A DNA stretch of 63,990 nucleotides, filler included, from an uncultured Acidimicrobiia bacterium (GCA_964347285.1; 3 parts of 3 records of this genome joined end to end with filler, not necessarily neighbours in it), one strand, 5' to 3'; positions 1 to 10,583 are shown, numbered from the whole stretch's first letter. Numbers and translations: made by a program. The notes: generated by a model not told the origin, from the letters alone.

Positions 1-1
1 T

Positions 2-859
2 CTCGGCACGCCACATCTCATCTTCGGAGAACCGGCTCCCGGCAGCCAAAGCTCCTCGGTGAGTCTCCTGACTCGCGACTTCACGGTGACGGAGCCTGCA
101 GGCCAGGTCGTGACTTTTGCAACATTTGAGTTCTGCAACGGGCAGGTCTTGGGTGGCACGGCTCTCGACAACGCCGACTTCGTTGTTCGGTACGAGGTGA
201 CTGGACTGCCCCTACAGGTATTTGGTGAGACGGTCACGTTCATCAATACGCCCAATATCGGTGATCCGATTGCCGATGCGGACTTCTTGGAAGTGGCCGA
301 TGACCCAAGTGCCCGGTTCATGGTTCTTGAAGACGCGTGCGGACTCGTCGAGCTGGAAATCGGAGTCAGTGAGGCAGCAGGTGGGGGACAGGGAATCGCA
401 GCCGCCCAGGCAGCGGTCTCCGCTTACCTGTTTGGGCCCGTCAGTTTTGGGAGAGTCTTGACGCCTGACACGGCGTTCGTAACAAGCGACGGCCAACGCG
501 AGGTTCAGATCGACATCAAGCCGGGGAGTGACAGCAATCCCGTGAACTTGAACGCCAAGGGTGTTGTCCCGGTGGCAGTCCTCGGCTCGGCCCTCACCGA
601 CGTCACCACTCTCGACCCGACTTCCATCCTCTTTGCGGGAACCTCACCTGCACACGAGTTGGCGGACGAAAGCGTGTTCGCAGATCACCTCCGGGACGTC
701 AATGCCGATGGGTACTCGGACCTTGTTTTCCACGTGCGGGTTCAGGACTCCGAGCTCACCGAGGGAGACACCGAGGCATGTGCGACATTCGAGTCCGATG
801 GCGGTGAAGCGCTGTTCGGATGCGACAAGGTCCGGCTACGAACGGAACCCGGCCAATAG
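2..859 (+). CDS. Secreted/surface protein, 5'-partial, with C-terminal IDIKPG...N.N domain and DxNxDGxxD Ca-binding motif
   Basis: Frame is open from the window edge. C-terminus has VQIDIKPGSDSNPVNLNAKGVVPVAVLGS and DVNADGYSDL, typical of extracellular proteins. Confidence 0.6.
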   Translation, partial: LGTPHLIFGEPAPGSQSSSVSLLTRDFTVTEPAGQVVTFATFEFCNGQVLGGTALDNADFVVRYEVTGLPLQVFGETVTFINTPNIGDPIADADFLEVADDPSARFMVLEDACGLVELEIGVSEAAGGGQGIAAAQAAVSAYLFGPVSFGRVLTPDTAFVTSDGQREVQIDIKPGSDSNPVNLNAKGVVPVAVLGSALTDVTTLDPTSILFAGTSPAHELADESVFADHLRDVNADGYSDLVFHVRVQDSELTEGDTEACATFESDGGEALFGCDKVRLRTEPGQ

Positions 860-1176
860 GGAGGAGGGGCGAGATAGTGGGGGTCTGAAGATCATGGTGA
901 GGCATCGCCACTAGGCGGCCCTCGATGTTTCCTGGGGGGCGGCAGGTCCTGGCCAACAGCCATGCCGCATGACGGAGGAACAGTCGGTCATGTGGCGGAA
1001 GGGAACGGGCGCGGCAGCAGAGGTGAGCGAGGACGATAAGGGTTAGGTGTCGTCCCCGGTGCCTCCTCTCGTAGGCCAGGACAACCAGTCCCCACGCCGC
1101 CCGGCCGGGTCTACCGACTATGTGCCGCGTGCTGTGCACATCAAAAGGCGCTCTGACTGACCTGGACTTTTGCCCC

Positions 1177-1449
1177 CTAGGAGGAGCCCCCTCCCCCGCT
1201 GGTGAACGTGATATCGGCGGTGAGCGTGATCGTGTGGGGTCCGCTCGAATCGGAGCTCAAATCAGCCAAGGCCTGACGGTACTCGGCTTCGGTTCCCACC
1301 AACACGTTGGCGCCCACGGCCGGCCCGGCCGTGATCACCACATACGAGGCCGCAAAGAGCGCGCTGGCCCAGACCAGAGTCAAACGACGTAGCCAGGGAG
1401 GGGCCCTCCGGATCTTCCCCAAAACCCGAAAACCCGAAAGCCGGCCCAT
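1177..1449 (-). pseudogene. Short or truncated secreted protein (signal peptide plus start of an extracellular domain)
   Basis: Strong SD AAGGAGGT before ATG 1449, a basic then hydrophobic signal-like N-terminus, then TITLTADITFT and a stop after 90 aa. Confidence 0.4.
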
Positions 1450-1749
1450 TTCGACCTCCTTACCCTCCCGTACCGAGGGCAATATACCACGGAGAGTGGC
1501 ATCAAGACCCCCAAAGGCCACCCAGCGCGTTACGAGCTCCCCCTCGGAGCGCTCCGAGAGGTGGACGGTCGGCCCGAGGCCGCCGCCTCGTCAACCCCGG
1601 GAGCGAGGGGATCAGGGCCCTTGGCCTCTAGCAGAGGAGCAGGCCTGAGGCTATGAGCAGTGGTAGACGCCGACGCGTCTGATCTGGATCGGCGAGCAGG
1701 AGGCCGCCGGGCTTTTTGCCGAGCGGGGCCGCTCGGGGAGGAAGTGGAG

Positions 1750-2175
1750 ATGACTGATTTGGACCACAGGGAAGAAGCGGCGCCGGAGGATCAGCTCACC
1801 GGTGCCCGCGACTCGTCGGACCAGTCCTGGGAAGACTGGTGGAAAAGCGATCGACTCGATGCAATCGGGTGGGCGGCGCTCTTCATCTGGGGCGCACTCG
1901 TCGTGGTGGCGGAGAACACCAGCTTCCGGGATGATTTCAGCTGGTGGCAAGGCTGGGGCGTGTTCTTCGTGGGGGCCGGCGCAATCGTGTTGGCCGAGAC
2001 GTTGATCCGTCTCGCCATGGCCGAGTATCGCTCGAAATGGGGCTGGAATCTGTTCTGGGGATCGGCTTTCCTGGCGATCGGCCTCGGTGAGCTGGCGAGC
2101 GGTGTGTGGTACGCGTTGCCGCTGGCCGCCCTCGCCATCGTGATCCTGAGCGGAGCCTTTGCCCGCACCAGGTGA
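1750..2175 (+). CDS. Hypothetical membrane protein (~4 TM)
   Basis: ATG 1750 after a GGAG-type SD; Trp/Gly-rich hydrophobic segments. Confidence 0.7.
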   Translation: MTDLDHREEAAPEDQLTGARDSSDQSWEDWWKSDRLDAIGWAALFIWGALVVVAENTSFRDDFSWWQGWGVFFVGAGAIVLAETLIRLAMAEYRSKWGWNLFWGSAFLAIGLGELASGVWYALPLAALAIVILSGAFARTR

Positions 2176-2179
2176 CGGC

Positions 2180-2575
2180 TCAGCGTTCGAGGGACTTGGG
2201 TCCGAAGTAGTGGGGCAGGATCTCGTCCAGGGTGTGCTCGGTGGCACCGCCCTGGGCGTCCTGTACCACCACCCTCTTGACCCCGAACTCGCTCATCAGC
2301 TGGCGGCACTCCCCGCACGGGTAGCACTCGTAGGCGTCGAGACAGCCGACCGCGACCGTGTCGATCTCTCGCACCCCGGCGGCGACCGCCGTGCCGATGG
2401 CGACCGCCTCGGCGCACAGGGTCGATCCGTAGGCGGCGTTCTCGACGTTCGCCCCGGTGTAGCGGGTACCGTCGGCTGCAATCACCACGGCCCCCACCCG
2501 AAAGCGCGAGTAGGGGGCGTAGGCCCCCTCGGCGGCTGCCCGGGCCTCCGCCAGCAGCTCCTCGGGAGTGCTCAC
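2180..2575 (-). CDS. cdd: Cytidine deaminase (homotetrameric type)
   Basis: AYAPYSRFRVGA, GANVENAAYG, CAE and PCGECRQ zinc motifs; GTGA overlap with the ftsY stop. Confidence 0.95.
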   Translation of the reverse strand: MSTPEELLAEARAAAEGAYAPYSRFRVGAVVIAADGTRYTGANVENAAYGSTLCAEAVAIGTAVAAGVREIDTVAVGCLDAYECYPCGECRQLMSEFGVKRVVVQDAQGGATEHTLDEILPHYFGPKSLER

Positions 2576-3594
2576 TCGTCCTCCTCCAGTAAGGCGTCGA
2601 CGAATGCCTCCGGCTCGAAGGGTACGAGGTCTTCGACGGTCTCCCCCACCCCGATCAGCTTCACCGGGATGCCGAGCTGGGTCTCGATGGCTACGGCGAT
2701 TCCTCCCTTGGCAGTGCCGTCGAGCTTGGTGATGACCACTCCGGTGACGCCGACCGCCTCAGTGAACGTCTCGGCCTGAGCGATGCCGTTCTGGCCACCG
2801 GTGCCGTCGAGGATCAGCAGTACCTCGTCGACCCGGCCGGCCCGCTGCTCGAGGACCCGGACCACTTTGGCGAGCTCGCTCATGAGGTTCCGATCCGAGT
2901 GGAGGCGTCCGGCGGTGTCGACGATCAGAACGTCCTTTCCCCTGGCCTTGGCCGCCTGATAGGCATCGAACGCGACTGCGGCCGGGTCGGCCCCCGGCGA
3001 TCCTCCGACGATCTCCGCCCCGACGTCTCGAGCCCACAGCCGCAGCTGTTCGTCGGCCGCGGCCCGAAACGTGTCGGCGGCGCCCAGCAACGGCTCGGCG
3101 CCCAATGCCTGGTAGCGGGCCGCCAGCTTGGCGATGGACGTGGTCTTTCCACTTCCGTTTACTCCCACGACCACGATCACCGCCGGATCGGCGATGGGCG
3201 CCAGATGTCGGTCCTTGTGGCCGAAGGCGGCCACCAGCTCGTCGCGCAGCAGCCGGCGGGCTTCCTCGGGGTCGCCCGGGTCCGCCGCCCGGACCTTGCC
3301 GACCAGGTCGGCGGCGGCCGCCGTGCCGGCGTCGGCTGCGATGAGAGTTTCCTCGACCTCGTTCCAGAACTCGTCGTCGAGTCGGCCCCGTGCCAGCAAC
3401 GCGCCGAGACGGCCGCCGATGGCGCGGCGGCTTCGCGACAGGCGATCGGCCAGTGAGAGTGGCCGGGCCGCCGGAACCGCCTCCAGCAAGGCCGCCCCGG
3501 CTCGTCGCCTCTGAGCGAGGGCGTAGTACGAGATGGCAATCGCCGGAATGGCGATGAGCGCGATGACGATGATCAGAATGATGAGGCCGGTCAC
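2572..3594 (-). CDS. ftsY: SRP receptor FtsY with N-terminal TM anchor
   Basis: GVNGSGKTT, DTFRAAA, DTAGR, TKLDGTAKGG; downstream of smc. Confidence 0.97.
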   Translation of the reverse strand: MTGLIILIIVIALIAIPAIAISYYALAQRRRAGAALLEAVPAARPLSLADRLSRSRRAIGGRLGALLARGRLDDEFWNEVEETLIAADAGTAAAADLVGKVRAADPGDPEEARRLLRDELVAAFGHKDRHLAPIADPAVIVVVGVNGSGKTTSIAKLAARYQALGAEPLLGAADTFRAAADEQLRLWARDVGAEIVGGSPGADPAAVAFDAYQAAKARGKDVLIVDTAGRLHSDRNLMSELAKVVRVLEQRAGRVDEVLLILDGTGGQNGIAQAETFTEAVGVTGVVITKLDGTAKGGIAVAIETQLGIPVKLIGVGETVEDLVPFEPEAFVDALLEEDE

Positions 3595-3603
3595 GGCGGC
3601 ACC

Positions 3604-6600
3604 TCAGACGACTGCGTGGCTGAGCCGCTTGGCGAGCACCTTGGAAGACTCGCCGGGCTCCAGCGTGACGCCATAGAGGATATCCCCCGCCTCCATCGTC
3701 TGTTGCTGGTGGGTCACCACGATGAGCTGGGCCGACCGGCCGAGCAGCTCTACCAGTCGCAGGAAGCGGCGGAGGTTGGCGTCGTCGAGGGCGGCCTCGA
3801 CCTCGTCGAGAAGGTAGAAGGGGCTGGGCCGGGCCCGGAAGACCGCAAAGAGGAACGCCAGGGCCGCCAGCGACCGCTCCCCTCCGGAAAGCAGGCTGAG
3901 CCGGCTGACCTTCTTGCCGAGCGGTTGGGCCTCGATCTCGATACCGGTCTCCAGGGGATCGTCGGGATCCGTCAATACCAGCCTGCCCTTCCCGCCGGGA
4001 AACAGGCCGGAGAAGTTCTCTTCGAAGAGGACGGCGATCTCGGCAAAGGCCCCGGTGAAGAGGTCGGCGATCTTGTCGTCGAGCGCCTTGATCACCTTGC
4101 GCAGTTCCCGACGCGATTCCTCGAGATCGGCCAGCTGGCTCTCCAGGAACTCGGCCTCTTCGGCGAGCTGGCGATACTCGGCGGCCGCCAGCGGGTTGAC
4201 CGGCCCCATCCGACGCAGTTCGTTCTCGAGCGATTCCAGGCGCTCGGCCGGATCGGCGTCCTCTTCCAGCGCTGGGGGTTCGGCGCCCAGGGCTTCCTCC
4301 TCGGAAGCGTCCGCCTCCCGCCGCAGTGCCTCGGCAACCGCTTCTCGACGGGTACGCAGCTCGGCCAGTTCGACGGCCAGTGCGGACGCGGCGTCGCGGG
4401 CCTCGGCGACGGTGTCTTCCAAATCACGCTGTCGCCGGTGGGTGCTGTCCAAACGATCCCCGGCCGAGCCCGCTTGCTCGCGGAGTGCCCGTTGCCGCTC
4501 CCGGAGCGTGGCGACGTGCTCCTTGACGATCGCCAGGGCACGCCAGGCCCGGTCCTCCACCAACTGCAGCCGGTCGATGGCCTGTTCTTCCTCGGCCGGG
4601 GCCTCCTCCCACTGGGCGAGCTGCCGTGACACCTCGGCTAGTCGCTTCTCGGTGAGACGGTGCCGCTCCCGGATCGCCCCCAGGGCCGCGGTGGCCTCCT
4701 CACGAGTGCGGCGGGCCTCATCGCGACGGCGGGTGACCTCCTGGAGACGTCGATTCATGGCCTCCCACGCCTCGTGGCGGGCCGCCTCCTCTCCCTCGAA
4801 GGCATCGAGCCGCTGTCGCAGCTCGGCGACCCGTTCCTGCCGGCTCACCGCGGTCTCGGCCAGGGCCTGCCGCCGCTCCCCGAGTCGGGACGCTTCGGCC
4901 TCGCTCTCGGCCCTCGTCCGCTGAATCAGGGCCAGCGCTTCGGTCGAGCCGGCCAGCCGGGCTTCGAGCACCTCGAGGGACTCGAGGGCGTTCCGCTCGT
5001 TGGTGCGGGCAGCCTCGAACGTACGCCGGCGATCGATGAGCACGCTGTCGGCCCTGGCTACCGCGGTCTCGGCCTCCTCGAGGGCCGCCTCGGCCTCCTC
5101 GAGGGCCGCCGGAGTGATGCCGGCCGGATCGGCGGGGCGCACCCCGAATGCGGTGATCAAGTCCCCTTCCGGGGTGACCGCCCGCACCGACGAATTGCGC
5201 TGTACCAGCGTCCAGCCGCTCGACCAACCCTCGACCAGGATCACGTCGCCCAGCATCGCCTCGGCCAGTCCGCTATCGGCGCCCGGTCCCAGCCGATCGA
5301 CGAGGGCATCCACCCCCCATTCGGCGGCGATCTTGCGAGCGGGGGCATGACCCGTATCGACGGCCGACACCAGGGGGACTCCACCCATGCCATCGGCCTT
5401 GAGTTCTGCCACCGCCGCGGCGAGGGCGTCGGCGTCGCGCAGCACCAGGCCTTCGACCCAGGGTCCGAGGGCGGCGGTAACGGCCGAAGCCAGGGCCGGG
5501 GGAACGTCGAGGCGGGCCTCCAGGGAGGCCAGGATGCCGTCGATGGTCTGGGCCCGGTCACGGGCCGCTGGATCGGCGACCCCGCCCAGAACGGCCCGAA
5601 GAGCCTCCACCCGAGCCTGGGCGGCGGTTGCCTCGAAGCCGGCCGCCTGCCGCCCCTCCTCGGCCAGTTCCCATTCACGCTGGGCCAGTTCCCGTGCGAG
5701 CTTGGTGTCGTCGTAGGCGCCCTGGGCCGCCCCCACTTCGGCGTCGGCCCGCTCGATCTCGGTGGTCAGGCGTTCGGCCTCTCGTCGCTCGTCTTCGATG
5801 CGGACGGCCAGGATCTCGGAGCGCCTGGCGATCGCCTCTTCCTCCCGCCGATCGCGCTCGGCGCCGGCCTCCATGGCCCCCAAATCGCCCCGCAGGGCGG
5901 CCACCACTCCCTCGACGGGCAGGCGATCCTGCTCGGCCAGCGAACGTTCCTCGTCCTCCAGGGCGTGCAGCGCCACCTCGGCCCGTTCGGCGCGGGCCCG
6001 CTGCCGCCGCTCCTCCTCGGCGCCGTCCGCCAGCTGGCGGCGCAGGTCCTGGGCCTCCAATTCGAGGTCGCGACGCCGCTCGCCCGCTCCCCGTCGCCGG
6101 CTGTCGAGCGCCACCCGCCGTTCCCGGGCGACCGTTCCCACCCGCCGCAACCGCTCCGCCGTCGTCTCCAGCCGGGCTGCCGCAGCCGTGTCGCGCTCCA
6201 GCGCCCGGCCCGCCTCCCCGGCGGCGCCCTCCAGCCTGCCGAGCGAGGCCTCGATTTCGGCCAACTCGTGCCGGCCCCGGGCCAATTCCTCCCGGTGACG
6301 GCTTTCGGCGGCCTCGGCCTCTGCGATGCGGTCGAGAATGGCCCGCAGCTCCCGGCCCCCGAGGTAGAGGCGGAGGGCGTGCACCTCGGCCTTGGTCGCC
6401 TCGTGGCGCTCGGCGGCCTCGGCCTGGCGACGCAGCGGCTTCATGTGCTTGTGATACTCCCGAAGAATGTCCCGAAGCCGCTTCGTGTCCTCATCGGTCG
6501 CTTCGAGACGCCGGATCGACCGGTCCCGGCGGTTGCGGTGCTTGACGACCCCGGCCGCCTCCTCGACCGCTGCCCGGTGCTCCTCGGGCCGGGAATTGAG

Positions 6601-7047
6601 GATGCTCTCGATACGCCCCTGGGCGATGATGACGTGCTGGTGCCTGCCGACGTTGCCGTCGTTCAACAGCTCCTGGATGTCGAGGAGACGACACGGCGTG
6701 CCGTTGATCTCGTATTCGGAAGTCCCGTCCCGGTGCAGGCGCCGGGTGACCGTGAGCTCGGGCACGTCGAGGGGCAACATGCGCTCGGTGTTGTCGAAGG
6801 TGAGGCTGACCTCGGCCCGATCCCGGGCGGGCCGGGTGGCGGTACCCGAGAAGATCACTTCCTCCATCCGCTCGGTGCGGAGCTGGGTGGTCGCCTGGGT
6901 CCCCATCACCCAGGACACGGCGTCGACCAGGTTCGACTTGCCCGAGCCGTTGGGGCCGACGACGACGTTGACCCCGGGTTCGAAGTCGAGCCGGGTGCGG
7001 TCCGCGAAGGACTTGAAGCCTGAAAGAGAAAGGGTCTTGAGTCGCAA
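3604..7047 (-). CDS. smc: Chromosome segregation protein SMC
   Basis: GFKSF, GPNGSGKSN Walker A, long coiled coils with hinge, LSGGE signature, LLDEVEAALD. Confidence 0.97.
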   Translation of the reverse strand: MRLKTLSLSGFKSFADRTRLDFEPGVNVVVGPNGSGKSNLVDAVSWVMGTQATTQLRTERMEEVIFSGTATRPARDRAEVSLTFDNTERMLPLDVPELTVTRRLHRDGTSEYEINGTPCRLLDIQELLNDGNVGRHQHVIIAQGRIESILNSRPEEHRAAVEEAAGVVKHRNRRDRSIRRLEATDEDTKRLRDILREYHKHMKPLRRQAEAAERHEATKAEVHALRLYLGGRELRAILDRIAEAEAAESRHREELARGRHELAEIEASLGRLEGAAGEAGRALERDTAAAARLETTAERLRRVGTVARERRVALDSRRRGAGERRRDLELEAQDLRRQLADGAEEERRQRARAERAEVALHALEDEERSLAEQDRLPVEGVVAALRGDLGAMEAGAERDRREEEAIARRSEILAVRIEDERREAERLTTEIERADAEVGAAQGAYDDTKLARELAQREWELAEEGRQAAGFEATAAQARVEALRAVLGGVADPAARDRAQTIDGILASLEARLDVPPALASAVTAALGPWVEGLVLRDADALAAAVAELKADGMGGVPLVSAVDTGHAPARKIAAEWGVDALVDRLGPGADSGLAEAMLGDVILVEGWSSGWTLVQRNSSVRAVTPEGDLITAFGVRPADPAGITPAALEEAEAALEEAETAVARADSVLIDRRRTFEAARTNERNALESLEVLEARLAGSTEALALIQRTRAESEAEASRLGERRQALAETAVSRQERVAELRQRLDAFEGEEAARHEAWEAMNRRLQEVTRRRDEARRTREEATAALGAIRERHRLTEKRLAEVSRQLAQWEEAPAEEEQAIDRLQLVEDRAWRALAIVKEHVATLRERQRALREQAGSAGDRLDSTHRRQRDLEDTVAEARDAASALAVELAELRTRREAVAEALRREADASEEEALGAEPPALEEDADPAERLESLENELRRMGPVNPLAAAEYRQLAEEAEFLESQLADLEESRRELRKVIKALDDKIADLFTGAFAEIAVLFEENFSGLFPGGKGRLVLTDPDDPLETGIEIEAQPLGKKVSRLSLLSGGERSLAALAFLFAVFRARPSPFYLLDEVEAALDDANLRRFLRLVELLGRSAQLIVVTHQQQTMEAGDILYGVTLEPGESSKVLAKRLSHAVV

Positions 7048-7101
7048 GGGTCGCCGCAGCGTATCACCGGGATCCCAGCGCTCCGAGTATTGTCCCCGCC
7101 C

Positions 7102-7374
7102 TCAAAAGCGGATATCGAAACCGTCCAGCCCCGGCTCGGTTGCGACCGCATCGCAGTGTACGGCCTGTACGCGCGCATGGTGGGGGCCCTCGCCCAGGGC
7201 CTCGATCATGGCGTCGACGGACTGCTCGCTTCCCTGAATGAAGGCCTCCACGCCCCCATCGGGCCGGTTGCGCACCCAGCCCACCACGCCGAGGGCCGTT
7301 GCCCGGTCGTAGACGAAGTAGCGGTAGCCGACCCGCTGCACCAGGCCCATCACCACGCAACGGCGGGCGATCAC
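7102..7374 (-). CDS. acyP: Acylphosphatase
   Basis: VQRVGYR and GWVRNRPDGGVE motifs; GTG start overlaps the mutM stop (GTGA). Confidence 0.9.
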   Translation of the reverse strand: MIARRCVVMGLVQRVGYRYFVYDRATALGVVGWVRNRPDGGVEAFIQGSEQSVDAMIEALGEGPHHARVQAVHCDAVATEPGLDGFDIRF

Positions 7375-8201
7375 CGCTGGCACCGGGCACACCAGAACGT
7401 ACTGCGGCCCCGCACCACGCTGCGTCGGATGGGCGTGCCGCAGCGTGGGCACGGCTCGTCTTGGCGGCCGTACACGGCCAGCCGGGCGGCGAACTCCCCG
7501 ACCCGCCCGTCGGGCAACAGGTAGGCCAGGTCGTCGAGGCTGGTCCCGCCCCACTTCAGTCCGGCCTCCAACACGGGCCGCACCGCTCGCCGCAATGCCT
7601 TCACCTCGGTGGTGGCCAGCGAGCCGGCGGCTCGATCTCCTCGGATACCGGCCCGGAACAGCATCTCGTCTGCATAGATGTTGCCGATCCCGGCCAGGAA
7701 GGTCTGGTCCAACAGGAGAGCCTTGATGGGGACGGTGCGGCCCGCCAGCCGGCGGGCCAGTTCCGGGCTGCGGGGAAGGTCGTCGAGGGCATCGGGACCG
7801 ATTCGGCCCAGCGGAGAATCGGCCAGCTCCTGCGGGGTGAGGACGGCCATGTAGCCAAACGTCCGGGGATCGATGAACCGCAGCTGACGGCTGCCGTCGA
7901 ATTCCACCACCACGTTGGTATGCGGAGCCTCCGGCTCTCCGGAATCGGTCAATCGCATCCGACCCGACATTCCCAGATGGCTGACCCAGGTGAGATCCCC
8001 GGTCAGCTCGGCGAGGAGCACTTTGCCGCGGCGGCCCACCGTGCCGACCCGGCGACCCACCAGGCGGGCGGCGAAGTCGGCCGGGCGGGGCTGGCGCCGC
8101 ACCATGCGGAGCCGGCGCACCGAAACGTCTCTCACCCGCGCCCCGGTCAGCTCCGTCGCCAGGACTCTCCTCGTCGCCTCCACCTCCGGGAGTTCGGGCA
8201 T
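7371..8201 (-). CDS. mutM: Formamidopyrimidine-DNA glycosylase
   Basis: MPELPEVE N-terminus, HLGMSG, GIGNIYADE, C-terminal CxxC...CxxC zinc finger. Confidence 0.97.
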   Translation of the reverse strand: MPELPEVEATRRVLATELTGARVRDVSVRRLRMVRRQPRPADFAARLVGRRVGTVGRRGKVLLAELTGDLTWVSHLGMSGRMRLTDSGEPEAPHTNVVVEFDGSRQLRFIDPRTFGYMAVLTPQELADSPLGRIGPDALDDLPRSPELARRLAGRTVPIKALLLDQTFLAGIGNIYADEMLFRAGIRGDRAAGSLATTEVKALRRAVRPVLEAGLKWGGTSLDDLAYLLPDGRVGEFAARLAVYGRQDEPCPRCGTPIRRSVVRGRSTFWCARCQR

Positions 8202-8204
8202 CGC

Positions 8205-8882
8205 TCAGCCGAGACGCTCTAGGGCGACGCGGGCCGCCTCCTGCTCGGCCCGCTTCTTCGAGCTGCCGGTGCCGGTGCCCAGCACCTCACCCTCCACCGC
8301 AACGGTGACCCGGAACACCTTGGCGTGGTCGGGCCCTCTCTCCTCGAAGGCGTACTCGGGCCGGCGGCCCTGAGGGGCCAGCATCTCCTGGAGGCGTGTC
8401 TTGAAATCGCGGGCCCCGGGCCGCCGGGCCCGCTCGTCGATCAGCGGGGTCCAGTGCCGCAGCACCACCGCCCGAGCCGCCTCGAACCCCCCGTCCAGGT
8501 AGACGGCACCGATCAGCGCCTCGAGGGTGTCGGAGAGAATCGACGGCTTGGCTCTTCCGCCGGTCTGAGCCTCCCCTCTACCGAGCACCACGGCTTCCCC
8601 CACCCCGAAGTCCTCGGCTATGGGCGCCAGCGCCGCTTCGCTGACCACCGATGCCCGGGTCATGGCCATCTCTCCCTCGGTCAGATCCGGGTAGGTGACC
8701 ACCAGGTAGCCGGCCACCGCGAGGCCCAGGACGGCATCACCCAGGAATTCGAGGCGCTCGTACGACTCGGTGCCCAGTCCCTCGGCCACCGCCGAGCGGT
8801 GGATCAACGCCCGCTTCAGGAGACCGGGGTCGGCAAACGTATGGCCGAGGGCCTCCTGCAGGCGAGCGGTCGGGTCGTCCAC
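8205..8882 (-). CDS. rnc: Ribonuclease III
   Basis: ERLEFLGDAVL signature plus dsRBD (KTRLQE, SKKRAEQEAA). Confidence 0.97.
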   Translation of the reverse strand: MDDPTARLQEALGHTFADPGLLKRALIHRSAVAEGLGTESYERLEFLGDAVLGLAVAGYLVVTYPDLTEGEMAMTRASVVSEAALAPIAEDFGVGEAVVLGRGEAQTGGRAKPSILSDTLEALIGAVYLDGGFEAARAVVLRHWTPLIDERARRPGARDFKTRLQEMLAPQGRRPEYAFEERGPDHAKVFRVTVAVEGEVLGTGTGSSKKRAEQEAARVALERLG

Positions 8883-8883
8883 T

Positions 8884-9861
8884 TCAGGACGACAGTCCGG
8901 CCGCCATGCGCTCGACCAGACCGCGTTCGGCTCCTTCCGAGGCCATGAGCAGAGCGTTGCTGATGGCTCGGCGCGATGACGAGCCGTGGGAGATCACCAC
9001 CACGCCGTGCGTGCCGACGAGGTGAGCTCCGCCGTAGGACTCGGGATCGATGCGTTCCTTCATCTCGGCGAGCTTGGGAACCAGGAACTCCGTGGCCCGG
9101 TGTTCCTCATTGAGGTCGCTCATCAGCGTCTCCGAGATGAGCACGGACAGGAAATGGGCGGCCCCTTCGGTGGTCTTGAGCAGGACGTTGCCGGTGAAGC
9201 CGTCGGTGACGAACACGTCGGCCCGACCGGTGGCGAGGTCGTGGCCCTCGACGTTGCCCACGAAGTTGGTGGGCCCGGCTTCGAGCAGGCCGAATGCCTC
9301 CTTCTCGAGATTGCGACCCTTGACCGCTTCCTCTCCGATGTTGAGCAAGCCCACCCGGGGATTGGGCTTGTCGAGGTAGGTCTCGGCGAGTGCACGACCC
9401 ATGACGGCAAACTGCGCCAGGTGTTCGGGGCGGCACTCGATGTTGGCGCCGACGTCGATCACGACGATCCCGCCTCCGGCCGGGAAGATGCCGGCGATGC
9501 CCGGCCGATCTATCCCGGGCAGTCGGCCGATCACCAGGGCGGCAGCCGCCAGGGCGGCCCCGGTCGACCCGGCCGAGACCATGCCGGCGGCCTCACCGTC
9601 GGCAACCATTCGGGCCGCCACCGTCACCGAAGCGTCTTTCTTGTCCCGCACCGCGGTGGCCGGATCCTCCCCCATTTCGATCACCTGCGAGGAGTGGACC
9701 AGCGGGAGATCGACTTCCAGCGCCTCCAAGAGCCGACCGACGGCATCCCCGTCGCCGACCAAAACGACGTCGACCCCTCGACCGGCGGCATCGACGGCGC
9801 CGGCGACGGTTTCTTCGGGGGCTTTGTCGCCCCCCATTACGTCGAGAGCGATGCGGGCCAC
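8884..9861 (-). CDS. plsX: Phosphate acyltransferase PlsX
   Basis: IALDVMGGD, SAGSTGA, GLLNIGEE, DGFTGNVLLK, SHGSS; follows rpmF. Confidence 0.95.
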   Translation of the reverse strand: MARIALDVMGGDKAPEETVAGAVDAAGRGVDVVLVGDGDAVGRLLEALEVDLPLVHSSQVIEMGEDPATAVRDKKDASVTVAARMVADGEAAGMVSAGSTGAALAAAALVIGRLPGIDRPGIAGIFPAGGGIVVIDVGANIECRPEHLAQFAVMGRALAETYLDKPNPRVGLLNIGEEAVKGRNLEKEAFGLLEAGPTNFVGNVEGHDLATGRADVFVTDGFTGNVLLKTTEGAAHFLSVLISETLMSDLNEEHRATEFLVPKLAEMKERIDPESYGGAHLVGTHGVVVISHGSSSRRAISNALLMASEGAERGLVERMAAGLSS

Positions 9862-9867
9862 TGACCC

Positions 9868-10044
9868 CTACTCGACCCGAAGGGCCTCCCGGCCCCGGTA
9901 CGTCCCGCACTCGGGACAGGCCCGGTGGGGAAGCTTCGAAGCGTTGCACTGCGGGCACCTCACGATGTGGGGTGCCGTCACCTTCCAGGCCGCCTTGCGG
10001 CGGCGGGTGCGTGAGCGCGACATCTTCTTCTTGGGTACGGCCAT
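9868..10044 (-). CDS. rpmF: 50S ribosomal protein L32 (zinc-binding form)
   Basis: MAVPKKKMSRSRTRRR...CPQC...PHRACPECG. Confidence 0.97.
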   Translation of the reverse strand: MAVPKKKMSRSRTRRRKAAWKVTAPHIVRCPQCNASKLPHRACPECGTYRGREALRVE

Positions 10045-10046
10045 GG

Positions 10047-10556
10047 CTACTCCTGCGTTTCTAGCAGCTCGCGCAATCCGGCCAACGGCCCCTCCTCGTC
10101 GGAGGGGTGGCCGGGACAGGCCCCGGTATTCAAGTCGGCTCCGCACGTCGGGCAAAGTCCCGCGCAATCGGCCCGGCACAACGGAACGAGGGGGAGGGCC
10201 AGCGTCACCTCGTCGCGCAGGAGTGGTTCGACGTCGATCACCTCACCCGCCACGACGTAGTCACTCTGAACGTCGGAGGTGAATGGCTGACGGATCTCGA
10301 CGGCCAGGTCCTCGGTCCACTCCCTCAAGCAGCGGTTGCACCGATGGTGCACTCCGACGACCACCCGGCCGGTCACCATCACTCCGCCCGAGACTCCTTC
10401 GAGTTCCAGCTCACCGGTCAGAGGGCGATCCGAGGCGGTGCGGGACAGCTCGACCCCGTAGTCGACCACCTCTTCGATGAGCTCGGGCCGCCGCTTACCG
10501 GGGGAATGGAGCAGATCGGAGACGCCAAAAACGAAAGGATTGGGGCGGGTGGGCAT
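10047..10556 (-). CDS. yceD: DUF177/YceD 23S rRNA accumulation protein
   Basis: CNRC and PLCRADCAGLCPTCG motifs; conserved position upstream of rpmF. Confidence 0.9.
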   Translation of the reverse strand: MPTRPNPFVFGVSDLLHSPGKRRPELIEEVVDYGVELSRTASDRPLTGELELEGVSGGVMVTGRVVVGVHHRCNRCLREWTEDLAVEIRQPFTSDVQSDYVVAGEVIDVEPLLRDEVTLALPLVPLCRADCAGLCPTCGADLNTGACPGHPSDEEGPLAGLRELLETQE

Positions 10557-10583
10557 GGCGCCATTGTACGGAATCGGGGCCGA

